A stretch of 64,000 nucleotides of DNA, taken from Alphaproteobacteria bacterium (GTDB lineage: Bacteria; Pseudomonadota; Alphaproteobacteria; UBA2966). Within the stretch, counting starts at the first letter, position 1. Each line of letters starts with the position of its first letter. Made by a program: the position numbers and the translations under genes. The stretch lies in assembly GCA_964291395.2 (NCBI GenBank), contig OZ219858.1, positions 1,248,001-1,312,000 on the forward strand. Direction: 5' to 3'. Shown piece by piece: positions 42,371 to 52,110 of the stretch. Under the pieces are notes generated by a model. It was not told the origin of the DNA and did no database searches. It was given only the letters and a program-made list of their open reading frames with translations.

Positions 42371-43459
42371 ATGGCCGCAAGACACATAATGGAGTCAGAT
42401 CAGGTCATGTCGTTTTGCGTGTCGTCGGCGCAGGCTGCCCAATGCACAAGGTTTCGTTCCGCCGCCACCATGTTGGGGGCGCTGGTACTTTCTTCGTGGC
42501 TGACAGCGGAGGCTTTGGCACAGTCCACGGTGGTCATCGGCGGCGGCGGAAGGCCTGCGGTAGAGGTGAATCTCGACGCGCTCGATCGCCCACGAGGCCA
42601 ATTCTCCAGTACGGGCCGGCGACTTCTCATGCCGGGAGAGCGGGGGACGGAAGCCGTGCGACTGCGCTTTCCCGGTTCCGTGGTGGGGGACTCTTCCACA
42701 CCGGCAGCATCACCTCCGACCTTGCAGCGTCCCGTCTCCGCACCCCGACCTCGAGCGGCACGGCAAGCCGCCGGACCGATGCCCGCCTTGCCCCCTCCGA
42801 AGGTAACGCAACGCGCTGTCCAGCCACCGGTTCGAGCGGCAGCTCCTGCGTCCAAGCCCGTACCGAAGGCACCTCCGCCCGCTCCCAAAGCGGCGGCGCC
42901 CGCTCCGGCCAAAGCGGTCGCGTCGCGGCAGGTCGCGCCCGGATCCACGCCACTCCCGAAATTGGCGGCTCCACTATCGCCGGTTGCTGAGGCGCCGCCG
43001 CCGACTCCGAAAGCGCCGCCCGCCAGGGCTGAGCAGGCACCCGTCCGGAACGCCGTGGTACAACCCAAGTCGTCGCCGGCGGCGGTACAGCCCAGTCGTA
43101 CGGAGCGCCGGGTCGCCGCGCTGCCCCGGGTTCCGTTGCCACCGGATGGCGGACAAATTCTTCGCATCGATTTCCTCGGCGCAAGTACGCGGCTGACACC
43201 GGACGCCGAACGAAGATTGGGGTCCCTGGCCGTAACGATGATGAAGAGCGACGGCCGTCTGCAGTTGAAAGCGTACGCGGGCGGGACGGTCGAAACCCTC
43301 AGCTCGGCGCGACGCCTCTCGTTGTCACGTGCACTGGCGGTACGTTCATTCCTTATCGAACAGGGAATACGAAGCACGCGGATCGATGTTCGAGCGCTGG
43401 GACGCGCGGAGGACGACGGGCCACCTGAACGCGTTGACATCGTCCTCCTGACCCAGTGA
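42371..43459 (+). CDS. Exported Pro/Ala-rich protein with C-terminal OmpA-like domain (start uncertain)
   Basis: Signal-like segment, long Pro/Ala linker, ARRLSLSRALAVRSFL, RIDVRALG, RVDI. Confidence 0.8.
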   Translation: MAARHIMESDQVMSFCVSSAQAAQCTRFRSAATMLGALVLSSWLTAEALAQSTVVIGGGGRPAVEVNLDALDRPRGQFSSTGRRLLMPGERGTEAVRLRFPGSVVGDSSTPAASPPTLQRPVSAPRPRAARQAAGPMPALPPPKVTQRAVQPPVRAAAPASKPVPKAPPPAPKAAAPAPAKAVASRQVAPGSTPLPKLAAPLSPVAEAPPPTPKAPPARAEQAPVRNAVVQPKSSPAAVQPSRTERRVAALPRVPLPPDGGQILRIDFLGASTRLTPDAERRLGSLAVTMMKSDGRLQLKAYAGGTVETLSSARRLSLSRALAVRSFLIEQGIRSTRIDVRALGRAEDDGPPERVDIVLLTQ

Positions 43460-43536
43460 CCGCAACCGACCCCAGAGGCGACCGACCAAGAGCGGGCGAA
43501 AGGCGCCCCCGCTCGGACGTCGCTCCAGGTGTTCGC

Positions 43537-44679
43537 ATGACTCGTCCCCAGGGTTTTCTGATGCGGATGAGCCTTTTCGTCGTGGCCGTCATCGGCGCAG
43601 CGGCATTCCTCGCCGAGCAGCTGGAACGCTCGTTCATGGCCAACCCCGGCCTCAACGGGCTGATTCTCGGTGTTCTGTTGCTCGGTATCGTCTACGTATT
43701 CCGACAGGTCCTGGTTCTGGGACCCGAGGTCGAGTGGGCCGAACGCTTTCGCCATCGCGACTCCGGCGTGACGGTGCATCGACCCCCGACTCTCCTGGCC
43801 CCGATGGCGACGATGCTCGGTGATCAACCCAACCATCGCTGGCTTTCGACGTTGTCGATGCGCTCCTTGCTCGATGGCATTGCGTCGCGGCTTGACGAAT
43901 CCCGAGAAATGGCCCGGTATCTGATCGGCCTTCTGATCTTTCTCGGCCTTTTGGGCACTTTCTGGGGCCTTCTTCAAACCGTAACGGCGGTCGGCGATAC
44001 GATCCGTGATCTCACGGTGGAAGTAGACGATCCTGGCGCCCTGTTCGGGTCGTTGAAGGCAGGACTGGAGGCCCCGCTTGCCGGAATGGGGACGGCGTTT
44101 TCGTCGTCTCTGTTTGGTCTCGCCGGATCCCTCGTCCTTGGATTCCTGGAGCTCCAGGCAGGTCAAGCGCAGAACCGTTTCTACAACGAGTTGGAAGAAT
44201 GGCTTTCCAGCATCACCCGACTCTCGTCGGGCATCGGTGTCGGGGATGGCGAGCAATCCGTGCCTGCGTACGTGAGCGCGCTGCTGGAGCAAACGGCCGA
44301 AAGCCTGGATACGTTGCAACGCACGATCGCCCGCAGCGCGAATGACAGTGCATCGGCAAATTCCACCCTCCTGTCCCTGTCCGATCGCCTGGCAAGCCTT
44401 ACCGATCAAATGAAATCGGAACAGGGCCTCATGGTCAGGCTTGCCCAAAGCCAGATGGAAATGCAGCCGGTCTTGGAACGACTGACGGAAGCCGCATCGG
44501 CAGGAACGACGATCTCCCTGGACGAGGCGAGCCGCGCGCATCTGCGCAACCTCGACGTGTACGTCAAGCGCTTTCTCGAGGAGTCCGGTCCTGCCCGTGA
44601 GCATCTCATTCAGGAGTTTCGCAGCGAGATAAAGTTGCTCGCCCGGACGATAGCGGCGCTCGGGCGCGACTCAAGATAG
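43537..44679 (+). CDS. MotA/TolQ/ExbB-family membrane protein with long C-terminal helical tail
   Basis: FMANPGLNG, LGLLGTFWGL, GMGTAFSSSLFGL, RFYNELEEWLS. Confidence 0.85.
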   Translation: MTRPQGFLMRMSLFVVAVIGAAAFLAEQLERSFMANPGLNGLILGVLLLGIVYVFRQVLVLGPEVEWAERFRHRDSGVTVHRPPTLLAPMATMLGDQPNHRWLSTLSMRSLLDGIASRLDESREMARYLIGLLIFLGLLGTFWGLLQTVTAVGDTIRDLTVEVDDPGALFGSLKAGLEAPLAGMGTAFSSSLFGLAGSLVLGFLELQAGQAQNRFYNELEEWLSSITRLSSGIGVGDGEQSVPAYVSALLEQTAESLDTLQRTIARSANDSASANSTLLSLSDRLASLTDQMKSEQGLMVRLAQSQMEMQPVLERLTEAASAGTTISLDEASRAHLRNLDVYVKRFLEESGPAREHLIQEFRSEIKLLARTIAALGRDSR

Positions 44680-44697
44680 CGGCAAAGGAACGACGCC

Positions 44698-46068
44698 GTG
44701 CCCGCGCTCGTCAGTCGAGGAAGAATGCGGCGCAGCGACAACATCTGGCCGGGGTTCGTCGATGCGCTCGCGACCTTGCTGCTGGTCATCATCTTCGTTC
44801 TCGCCGTCTTCATGATTACGCATTTTTTCCTCAGTCAAGCTCTGACGGGGCGGGACGAGGCGCTCCAGCGACTGAACAGACAGCTGACGGAAATCTCCGA
44901 ACTGCTCGCTTTGGAACGCCGATCCAACGAGGACTTGCGCCTCAATGTCGCCCAGTTGTCGGCGTCGCTGCAGAAATCGACACGTGAACGCGATCAACTC
45001 GCCCTCGATCTGGATGAGACGGAATCCAGGCTGGCTGCCGCGGTGGAGACAGTTGCCGCGGATCGCGAAACCATCGAGGCGCAGCTCGGCGAGATTGAGC
45101 GTCTCAAACGTGACATCGCCGCGCTGACGTCCGTGCGAAATGATCTGGAGCAACAGGTGGGCGCACTCGCCGAGTCCCTCGACGACTCCGAGGCGCTCGC
45201 CGCGCGGCTCCGAGAAGAAAGCAAGGAGCTCGAAGCACGGCTCCGGGAAGAAAGCAAGACGCTCGCCGCACAGCTTCGCGACGAAAGTAAGGCGCTTGAA
45301 GCACGCCTCGCGGACGAACGGGAACGGACCCTGTTGGCCCAACGGGAGCTGGAAGATCGTGAACTGCGGCTTGCGGAGCTCCAGCGTCTGTACAATGAGA
45401 GTACGGACTCCTTGAGCAGGGAAAGGGATCTGTCCGCCGAGGCCCGCGCTCAAGTTGCGCTCCTGAACCAACAGCTCAGTGCCGTGCGCCAGCAACTGGC
45501 GCGTCTCAATGCCGCCTTGGAGGCGGCCGAAGCGAAAGACGAGGAGCAAGAGGCCGTCATCGCCGATCTCGGCAAGCGGCTTAACGTGGCGCTGGCCCAA
45601 AAGGTCGAGGAGCTCTCGCGCTATCGATCGGAATTCTTCGGACGCTTGCGCGAAGTTCTGGGAGACAGAAGAGACATTCGCGTGGACGGCGACCGGTTCA
45701 TCTTCCAGTCGGAAGTCCTGTTCGCGTCGGGCTCCGCGGAAATCGGTAGCAACGGACAACGGCAACTCGCCCAGCTTGCGAGGACCCTGCTGGAGATCGC
45801 GAAATCGATACCGCCGGAGATCTCCTGGGTCCTGCGTGTGGACGGCCACACCGATGTCATCCCGATCTCCACCCCCAGATTTCCCTCAAACTGGGAGCTT
45901 TCCACGGCCCGGGCTGTTTCCGTGGTCAAGTTCCTTGTCGATCAAGGCGTACCGCCGGCGCGTTTGGCGGCGACGGGTTTTGGTGAATTCCAGCCTCTGG
46001 ACTCGCGCGCCGACGAGATCGGCCATCGCCGCAATCGGCGCATCGAACTGAAATTGACGGAGCGCTGA
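44698..46068 (+). CDS. MotB-like protein: TM with Asp, long coiled coil, OmpA-like peptidoglycan-binding domain
   Basis: WPGFVDALATLL, ~270 aa coiled coil, VDGHTD, NWELSTARA, NRRIE. Confidence 0.88.
   Translation: MPALVSRGRMRRSDNIWPGFVDALATLLLVIIFVLAVFMITHFFLSQALTGRDEALQRLNRQLTEISELLALERRSNEDLRLNVAQLSASLQKSTRERDQLALDLDETESRLAAAVETVAADRETIEAQLGEIERLKRDIAALTSVRNDLEQQVGALAESLDDSEALAARLREESKELEARLREESKTLAAQLRDESKALEARLADERERTLLAQRELEDRELRLAELQRLYNESTDSLSRERDLSAEARAQVALLNQQLSAVRQQLARLNAALEAAEAKDEEQEAVIADLGKRLNVALAQKVEELSRYRSEFFGRLREVLGDRRDIRVDGDRFIFQSEVLFASGSAEIGSNGQRQLAQLARTLLEIAKSIPPEISWVLRVDGHTDVIPISTPRFPSNWELSTARAVSVVKFLVDQGVPPARLAATGFGEFQPLDSRADEIGHRRNRRIELKLTER
45193..45324 (+). repeat. Four imperfect 33-bp (11-aa) tandem repeats in the MotB-like coiled coil
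   Basis: ALAARLREESK ELEARLREESK TLAAQLRDESK ALEARLADERE. Confidence 0.8.
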
Positions 46069-46104
46069 CAAGAGATCGGAACTTCACCAATAGATTCTTG
46101 CAGA

Positions 46105-47910
46105 CTACTGCGCCGCCGCGACCGTATCCGCGTCCTCGGACGTCTCGAACTGCAGTTGAGCCAATCGCGCATAGAGTCCGCCCTGTGCCATCAACTCCGC
46201 GTGGGTTCCGCTGGCCACCACGTCACCGGCATCCATCACGACGATCCGGTCGGCCTTCAGCACGGTGGGCAGGCTATGGGCGATGACGAGCGTCGTTCTG
46301 CCTTCCATGAGCGTCTCGAGCGCTTGCTGAACCATCCGTTCGTTTTCCGCATCGAGTGCGCTGGTCGCCTCATCGAGGAGAAGTATCGTGGGACTGCGTA
46401 GAATCGCGCGGGCGATGGAGATTCTCTGGCGCTGGCCGCCTGACAGCTGGGTGCCGCGATCGCCCAAAAAAGTCCCGTATCCGTCCGGCAGCCGCTCGAC
46501 GAACTCGGCCGCGGCGGCGGCCTCCGCCGCGGCACGGACTTCCTCGTCGGTCGCTTCGGGACGCCCGTAGCGGATATTGCTCCAGACGTCGTCGGCGAAA
46601 ATGACGGGGTCTTGGGGCACCAAACCGATGTGCTGACGCACGTCTTCGGGCCTGGCATCCCGCAGGTCGGTGCCGTCGATGGAAACCCGCCCCGACTCCG
46701 GGTCATAGAACCGGAGAAGAAGCTGGAACACGGTTGTCTTTCCCGCACCTGAAGGGCCGACGAGCGCCAGCCGCTCACCCGGCGAGACCGAAAGAGAGTA
46801 CGAGGCCAACGCGCGATATCCGGGTCGGGCCGGGTACCGGAAGGTGACCCGGTCGAAACGAATCGCGCCGCGCGCGGGCCGTGGCAAGCTGACGGGCGAT
46901 TCCGGGGCGGAGATCCTGGAACTCGTCCCCAGAAGTTCCATCAAGCGTTCGGTCGCCCCGGCGGCGCGCTGAAAGTCTCCGTACACTTCCGACAGCGATC
47001 CAACGGAGCCGGCCACCATGACCGCATAGAAGACGAACGCGGCGAGTTGACCGCCGGTCATCGTACCGGAGATCACATCGCGCGCACCGATCCAAAGAAC
47101 GATGTCAACCGCACCGAACACGAACAGGATGATGATGCCGGTGAGCAGGGCGCGGGACTTGATCTGGCGGAGGGCCGTCGTGTAGGCGGCCTCGACGATC
47201 CCGCCAAATCTCCGGCGGTTGGCGTCCTCGCGGCCAAACGCCTGTATCGTCTGTACTGCATCGAGAGACTCGCCGGCGAATGCGCCGACATCCGCCACCC
47301 TGTCCTGACTCTCGCGGGAAAGCCGCCGGACGCGGCGGCCGAAAAACACGATGGGCAATACGACCAGGAGGACGATCAGGAAGACGAGGCCCGTCAGCTT
47401 GGGGCTGCTGACGATCAGCAGAATGGAGCCGCCGACGAAGATCATCATGTTACGCAGAGCCACGGATGCGCTCGATCCCACGACGGACTGAATGAGCGTC
47501 GTATCCGTCGTCAGTCGGGAGAGGATCTCTCCCGTACGCGTCGACTCGAAGAACTCGGGGCTGAGGCCGACGACATGCTCGTAGACCTTGCGGCGTATAT
47601 CCGCGACGACCCGCTCACCCAGGGACGACACGGCGTAGTACCGGCCATACGTCGCCACGGCGAGCAACGCGACAACTCCGAGCAGCGCGATGAAGTATTG
47701 ATCGAGAACCGTACTGTCGGCGCTGAATCCGAAATCGACGACGCGGCGAAGTGCCTGACCGATCGCAAGGACGGCGCCGGCGGCGACTATGAGAGAGGCC
47801 AGCGCCGAAACGATGCGAAGCCGATAGGGCCGAAGGAATCCGGCAATGTGCCGGAGGACGTTGACGCTGTCGCCCTTCGGCCTGTCTTCGATGAACGGTT
47901 TTCTACTCAC
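46105..47910 (-). CDS. ABC exporter, fused TMD-NBD (MsbA-related)
   Basis: 6 TM domain, GPSGAGKT, LSGGQRQR, LLLDEATSALD. Confidence 0.93.
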   Translation of the reverse strand: MSRKPFIEDRPKGDSVNVLRHIAGFLRPYRLRIVSALASLIVAAGAVLAIGQALRRVVDFGFSADSTVLDQYFIALLGVVALLAVATYGRYYAVSSLGERVVADIRRKVYEHVVGLSPEFFESTRTGEILSRLTTDTTLIQSVVGSSASVALRNMMIFVGGSILLIVSSPKLTGLVFLIVLLVVLPIVFFGRRVRRLSRESQDRVADVGAFAGESLDAVQTIQAFGREDANRRRFGGIVEAAYTTALRQIKSRALLTGIIILFVFGAVDIVLWIGARDVISGTMTGGQLAAFVFYAVMVAGSVGSLSEVYGDFQRAAGATERLMELLGTSSRISAPESPVSLPRPARGAIRFDRVTFRYPARPGYRALASYSLSVSPGERLALVGPSGAGKTTVFQLLLRFYDPESGRVSIDGTDLRDARPEDVRQHIGLVPQDPVIFADDVWSNIRYGRPEATDEEVRAAAEAAAAAEFVERLPDGYGTFLGDRGTQLSGGQRQRISIARAILRSPTILLLDEATSALDAENERMVQQALETLMEGRTTLVIAHSLPTVLKADRIVVMDAGDVVASGTHAELMAQGGLYARLAQLQFETSEDADTVAAAQ

Positions 47911-48043
47911 GCCACGATTCTGAAGATTTCAGATTCTTGAAGACCGTGGAACTCAATGCAGGTCGGTTCACCTTGCCGGAACAAGGACTCGTACGATATA
48001 ACCCGCTGCCTGACCCCAGAAGATCGTTCTCGGGAGCGTCGCG

Positions 48044-48271
48044 ATGAAAAAGGACATTCATCCAGATTATCATACGATCACCGTCGTCATGACGGACGGT
48101 ACCAGCTTCGAGACACGCTCGACCTGGGGCAGCGAAGGAGACACGCTGACCCTCGATATCGATCCCAAGTCGCATCCGGCCTGGACCGGCGGCGCAGGTC
48201 GCCTGGTCGATACGGGCGGCCAAGTCGCCAAGTTCAACAAGAGGTTCAGCGAATTCGGCCTGAAGTCCTGA
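48044..48271 (+). CDS. rpmE: 50S ribosomal protein L31
   Basis: [29 protein letters not shown]. Confidence 0.97.
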   Translation: MKKDIHPDYHTITVVMTDGTSFETRSTWGSEGDTLTLDIDPKSHPAWTGGAGRLVDTGGQVAKFNKRFSEFGLKS

Positions 48272-48331
48272 TTTCGTTCCCGTAGCCATCTTCGGTAACG
48301 CGCCCTTCGGGATGCACTATTTGATTCTGAA

Positions 48332-48356
48332 GCGGTTCCGGTTCGACCGGAACTGC
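48332..48356. terminator. Hairpin between convergent rpmE and hydrolase gene
   Basis: GCGGTTCCGGT-TCG-ACCGGAACTGC. Confidence 0.55.
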
Positions 48357-48435
48357 GAAAGTACTCTTTATCAAATGGGATGTGGCCCCGCGACGGCCAT
48401 CGCGGGGATGGTTTGCATTCGCGGTGCAGACGCCG

Positions 48436-49224
48436 CTAGATCGCTTCCCTGAGCGCATCGAGCACCTGATCCGGCCTCTCGATCATCGACATGTGCCCGC
48501 AGGCATCGAGGAAAACCGTTCGGGCGGACGGAATCGCGTCCGCCAGATCCCGTACGGCACGGGGCGGAGTCATCCGATCTTCCCGCCCCAGCACCAGAAG
48601 GACGGGACAGTGAACGCGTGACGCCGCATCCAAGCCGTCTCGATAATCATTGCACGCACAGAGGTCCGTGTAGAGCACGTCGTCGCTCGCCTTTTCGAGC
48701 AGGCGTTCGGCGCCTCCCGTCATCCACAGACCCGGAGCCTTGTGCCCGCCGAGCTGAGCGCCCCGACCGTGGCCCCATACCTTGATCATGTCGATGGCTT
48801 GGTGGTCATTCGCCTTTGCGGCTGAAAGAAGCTCTTCGCTCACCACCATGGGATACGCGGTTGAAAGCAGCGCGGCCGCGACGACACGTTTGGGAAAGCG
48901 GGCGCACAGCTCTAGCGCAATGAGGGACCCCATACTGTGACCCACTACCGACGCAGCCTCGATGTCCGCAGCATCCATGAGTCTCGAGAGCCAATCCGCC
49001 ATGTCGCCGACCGAGGTCAGCAGCGGACCTTCGGAACGCCCATGTCCCGGGAGATCGACAGCCAGCACATTGCGCCCGTGGTGCGCAAAAAACCGCGTCT
49101 GCAGCACCCAGACGGTGCGATCCATGCCTGCTCCGTGCACGAGGACCACGGCCTCTTGCCCCGGTTCGTGCGACCGCCCACCGGTTGTGGCGAACGCGCG
49201 CTTGCCATCGACCTGAAGTTCCAA
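48436..49224 (-). CDS. Alpha/beta hydrolase
   Basis: LVHGAG, DLPGHGRS, GHSMG, EDRMTP, GH...E. Confidence 0.9.
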   Translation of the reverse strand: MELQVDGKRAFATTGGRSHEPGQEAVVLVHGAGMDRTVWVLQTRFFAHHGRNVLAVDLPGHGRSEGPLLTSVGDMADWLSRLMDAADIEAASVVGHSMGSLIALELCARFPKRVVAAALLSTAYPMVVSEELLSAAKANDHQAIDMIKVWGHGRGAQLGGHKAPGLWMTGGAERLLEKASDDVLYTDLCACNDYRDGLDAASRVHCPVLLVLGREDRMTPPRAVRDLADAIPSARTVFLDACGHMSMIERPDQVLDALREAI

Positions 49225-49245
49225 GATCGCGTTCCTTGACCCGAA

Positions 49246-50538
49246 CTAGCGCTGCGAGACGCGCAGGCCGCGGTCGAGATCGTCGATGAGATCCTGCGGA
49301 TCCTCCAGTCCCACGGAGAGGCGGATGAGATCCTCGGAAATTCCCGCGGCCTCGAGCGCGTCAGCGTCCATCTGCTGATGCGTCGTGGTCGCGGGGTGAA
49401 TCACGAGTGACTTCGCATCACCGACGTTCGCCAAGTGAGAGAACAGGCCGACCGCCTCGATGAACTTCCGCCCCGCCTCTCGGCCGCCCTTGATCCCGAA
49501 GCTGAAGACCGCGCCACATCCTTTCGGGAACCGAGCCTTGGCGAGCTCGTGATCCCGATGGCTCGGCAATTCGGGATAACCGACCCAGGCGACGGCCTCG
49601 TGATCGTCCAAAAATGCGACGAGGCGGCGCGTGTTGTCGACGTGCCGTGTCATGCGCAACGGGAGAGTCTCGATGCCTTGGATGATGTGAAACGCGTTGG
49701 CGGGACTCATGCAGGCCCCGAAATCCCGCAGTCCTTCCGACCGCGCCCGCATCACATAGGCTTGGGGTCCAAATTCCTCGACGAAATCAAGGCCGTGATA
49801 ACCGGCGTAGGGCTCGGTGAGCGTAGGAAACTTACCTGACGCTTCCCAATCGAACGTCCCTCCGTCTACGACAACGCCGCCAATGGCAACCCCGTGGCCT
49901 CCCAAGAACTTGGTTGCCGAATGCATGATCAGATCGGCGCCCCATTCAAGCGGCCGGAAGAGATAGGGAGTCGCGAAGGTGGAGTCGATGAGAAGCGGCA
50001 AACCCGCCGCGTGCGCGATTTCCGCCACAACGGGGATATCGAGTATTTCCAACCCTGGATTCCCCAGCGTTTCACCGAACAGCAAACGCGTTTCCGGCCG
50101 AATGGCGTCCTTGAACGCCTGCGGGTCACGCGGATCGACGAAGGTGGTTTCGATTCCGAACCTGGGGAGCGTGTGGGTGAACAAGTTGTGCGACCCGCCG
50201 TAAATCGAACCGGACGAAACGATGTGATGTCCGGCGTCGAGGATGGTCGCGACGGCGAGATGAAGCGCCGCCTGACCGCTCGCGGTACATACGGCGCCGA
50301 CGCCCCCTTCGAGGCTCGAGATTCGTTCCTCCAGCACCGCCGTAGTCGGATTGGAGATCCGCGAATAGATATGACCTGCCCGCTCGAGGTTGAACAGCGA
50401 GGCGGCGTGATCGACGTCCTGAAACACATAAGATGTCGTCTGATACACGGGAACCGCGCGTGATCCGGTCGCCGGATCGGGATGCTGACCCGCGTGCAGG
50501 CTCAGTGTGTCAAATCTCGGGAAGTTAGGCTTGGCCAT
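49246..50538 (-). CDS. metY: O-acetylhomoserine aminocarboxypropyltransferase (sulfhydrylase)
   Basis: [46 protein letters not shown]. Confidence 0.88.
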   Translation of the reverse strand: MAKPNFPRFDTLSLHAGQHPDPATGSRAVPVYQTTSYVFQDVDHAASLFNLERAGHIYSRISNPTTAVLEERISSLEGGVGAVCTASGQAALHLAVATILDAGHHIVSSGSIYGGSHNLFTHTLPRFGIETTFVDPRDPQAFKDAIRPETRLLFGETLGNPGLEILDIPVVAEIAHAAGLPLLIDSTFATPYLFRPLEWGADLIMHSATKFLGGHGVAIGGVVVDGGTFDWEASGKFPTLTEPYAGYHGLDFVEEFGPQAYVMRARSEGLRDFGACMSPANAFHIIQGIETLPLRMTRHVDNTRRLVAFLDDHEAVAWVGYPELPSHRDHELAKARFPKGCGAVFSFGIKGGREAGRKFIEAVGLFSHLANVGDAKSLVIHPATTTHQQMDADALEAAGISEDLIRLSVGLEDPQDLIDDLDRGLRVSQR

Positions 50539-50715
50539 GCGTCCGTCCCTTCGGAAGAGCGCAACCTATCCGGCACTCCGGTGCGCGTCCAGCGCACTAG
50601 ACGTACGACGCGACATTGGGTTGGGAGGCGTCAAGAGTGGTTTGGTGGGGAAGGCGACCGGCCGGATGAAGAAGGTTCAACGAAACCGGCGAACCGTCGG
50701 GGGCGGGGTCCGGCA

Positions 50716-50901
50716 CTACTTCTTGAACAGCGATTCCGCGTCTCCCCGCACGGCTTTTTTCGAGGCGATGACGTCGCGAATACGGGCGATTTCCTCTTCG
50801 AGTTCCGAGATCCTGTTCTCCAGTTCCTCGATCCCCAACGTCTCGAGCTTGATCGGTTCCGGCTGCTTGACCGGTAGACCGTCGAGATCATCCATGGTCA
50901 T
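50716..50901 (-). CDS. DUF1192-family small coiled-coil protein
   Basis: LGIEELENRISELEEEIAR...AESLFK. Confidence 0.8.
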   Translation of the reverse strand: MTMDDLDGLPVKQPEPIKLETLGIEELENRISELEEEIARIRDVIASKKAVRGDAESLFKK

Positions 50902-51126
50902 GGCTTCTCCCCGCTCGGTGACGTTCCTCTCGAGGCGGTGTACCACTGTACGTGATCGTCGGACAATGGCTCAACGGCTCTTGCAAGGCTGCCGGCGCCG
51001 GTCCATATCATCGGGGGCGGCACCCGGGGCACATCTGCGCAAATGGACGAATTCGCTTGTGCGGGAGGCCCGAAATGGACATGGTGCCGGAAGTTCACTG
51101 CGGCCAACCGCAAGAGGAGTTCTTTC

Positions 51127-51996
51127 ATGCCGCTGCCGTTGATGCCCAAGGCAACCGCTGTTTGGCTGATCGACAACACATCACTGACGTTTGACCAGAT
51201 TGCCGAGTTTTGCGGTCTGCATCCGCTCGAAGTGAAGGGCATCGCGGACGGCGAGGTGGCGATCGGCATCCAAGGTCGCGACCCGGTTCCGGACGGCGAA
51301 TTGACGCGAGAAGAGATCGAACGGTGCGTGGCCGACCCGAGCGCGCGGCTGAATATGGCGACGTCCGATATTCCCCGGCCAAAGGCGCGGACGAGCGGCC
51401 CCAAGTACACGCCGGTCACCAAGCGCCAGGACCGTCCCAACGCCATCATGTGGTTGCTCCGTTATCATTCTGAGTTGTCCGACGCTCAGATTTGCCGGCT
51501 TGTCGGTACCACCAAGCCGACCATCAATTCGGTGCGTGAGCGCACCCACTGGAATATGGCAAACCTCAAGCCGATCGACCCGGTGTCCCTGGGAATGTGC
51601 TCGCAAGTTGAGCTTGACGAAGTGGTGACCAAGGCTCACGCGAGGCTGCGGTCGCGTGAGCGCCGAGAAGCGCGGGAACACGCGCGCGTGGAACGCGAGG
51701 CGGCGGGACCAACGACAGCCGCCGTCAAATCTCCCGCTGCGGCGCCTTTGGAAAATCCAGCGATTCCCGTGGAAATCGTGCCGGACCCGGAGGGGCCGGC
51801 ACCGGAATCACCCGCCGAGCAGTCGGTTCATAGCGTGGAGAGCGTTTTCGGTGCCGCACCGGAACCGGCGCCCTCCGAGCCTGAACCGACAACGTCTGCG
51901 GTGTTCCGGACCCCGGAACCGTCGGATTCGGAGTCATCGGCTCCGCTGCGGCATGGTGATGGGTCTCCTCCCGAGGAGGCAGAGCCCGCGACTTAG
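51127..51996 (+). CDS. trcR: DUF1013-family RNA polymerase-associated regulator TrcR
   Basis: PLMPKATAVWLIDNT, IAEFCGLHPLEV, YTPVTKRQDRP, RTHWN, DPVSLG.CSQ. Confidence 0.9.
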   Translation: MPLPLMPKATAVWLIDNTSLTFDQIAEFCGLHPLEVKGIADGEVAIGIQGRDPVPDGELTREEIERCVADPSARLNMATSDIPRPKARTSGPKYTPVTKRQDRPNAIMWLLRYHSELSDAQICRLVGTTKPTINSVRERTHWNMANLKPIDPVSLGMCSQVELDEVVTKAHARLRSRERREAREHARVEREAAGPTTAAVKSPAAAPLENPAIPVEIVPDPEGPAPESPAEQSVHSVESVFGAAPEPAPSEPEPTTSAVFRTPEPSDSESSAPLRHGDGSPPEEAEPAT

Positions 51997-52110
51997 GGCG
52001 GTTTCCAGTTTGACTGGAATATGGGGTGCGGCCCCTATGAGCTCGGGCGCGCCGCGTGCTTGACCCGTCAGGGTGCTCCCCTCTGCGAAACCGCAGCTGG
52101 GCGTGATCGT

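Noticed and set aside
42400-44604. 734-aa minus-strand ORF
   Set aside because: Antisense to the OmpA-like and MotA-like genes; low-complexity shadow
43537-46068. Zorya anti-phage system
   Set aside because: No ZorC/D/E effectors and a core housekeeping context
48044-48271. Cys-less L31 as a zinc-starvation paralog
   Set aside because: This is the ordinary L31 form in Alphaproteobacteria; no Zur box recognised
51700-51996. Pro/Glu-rich tail of TrcR as a repeat element
   Set aside because: Low-complexity disordered tail without DNA periodicity
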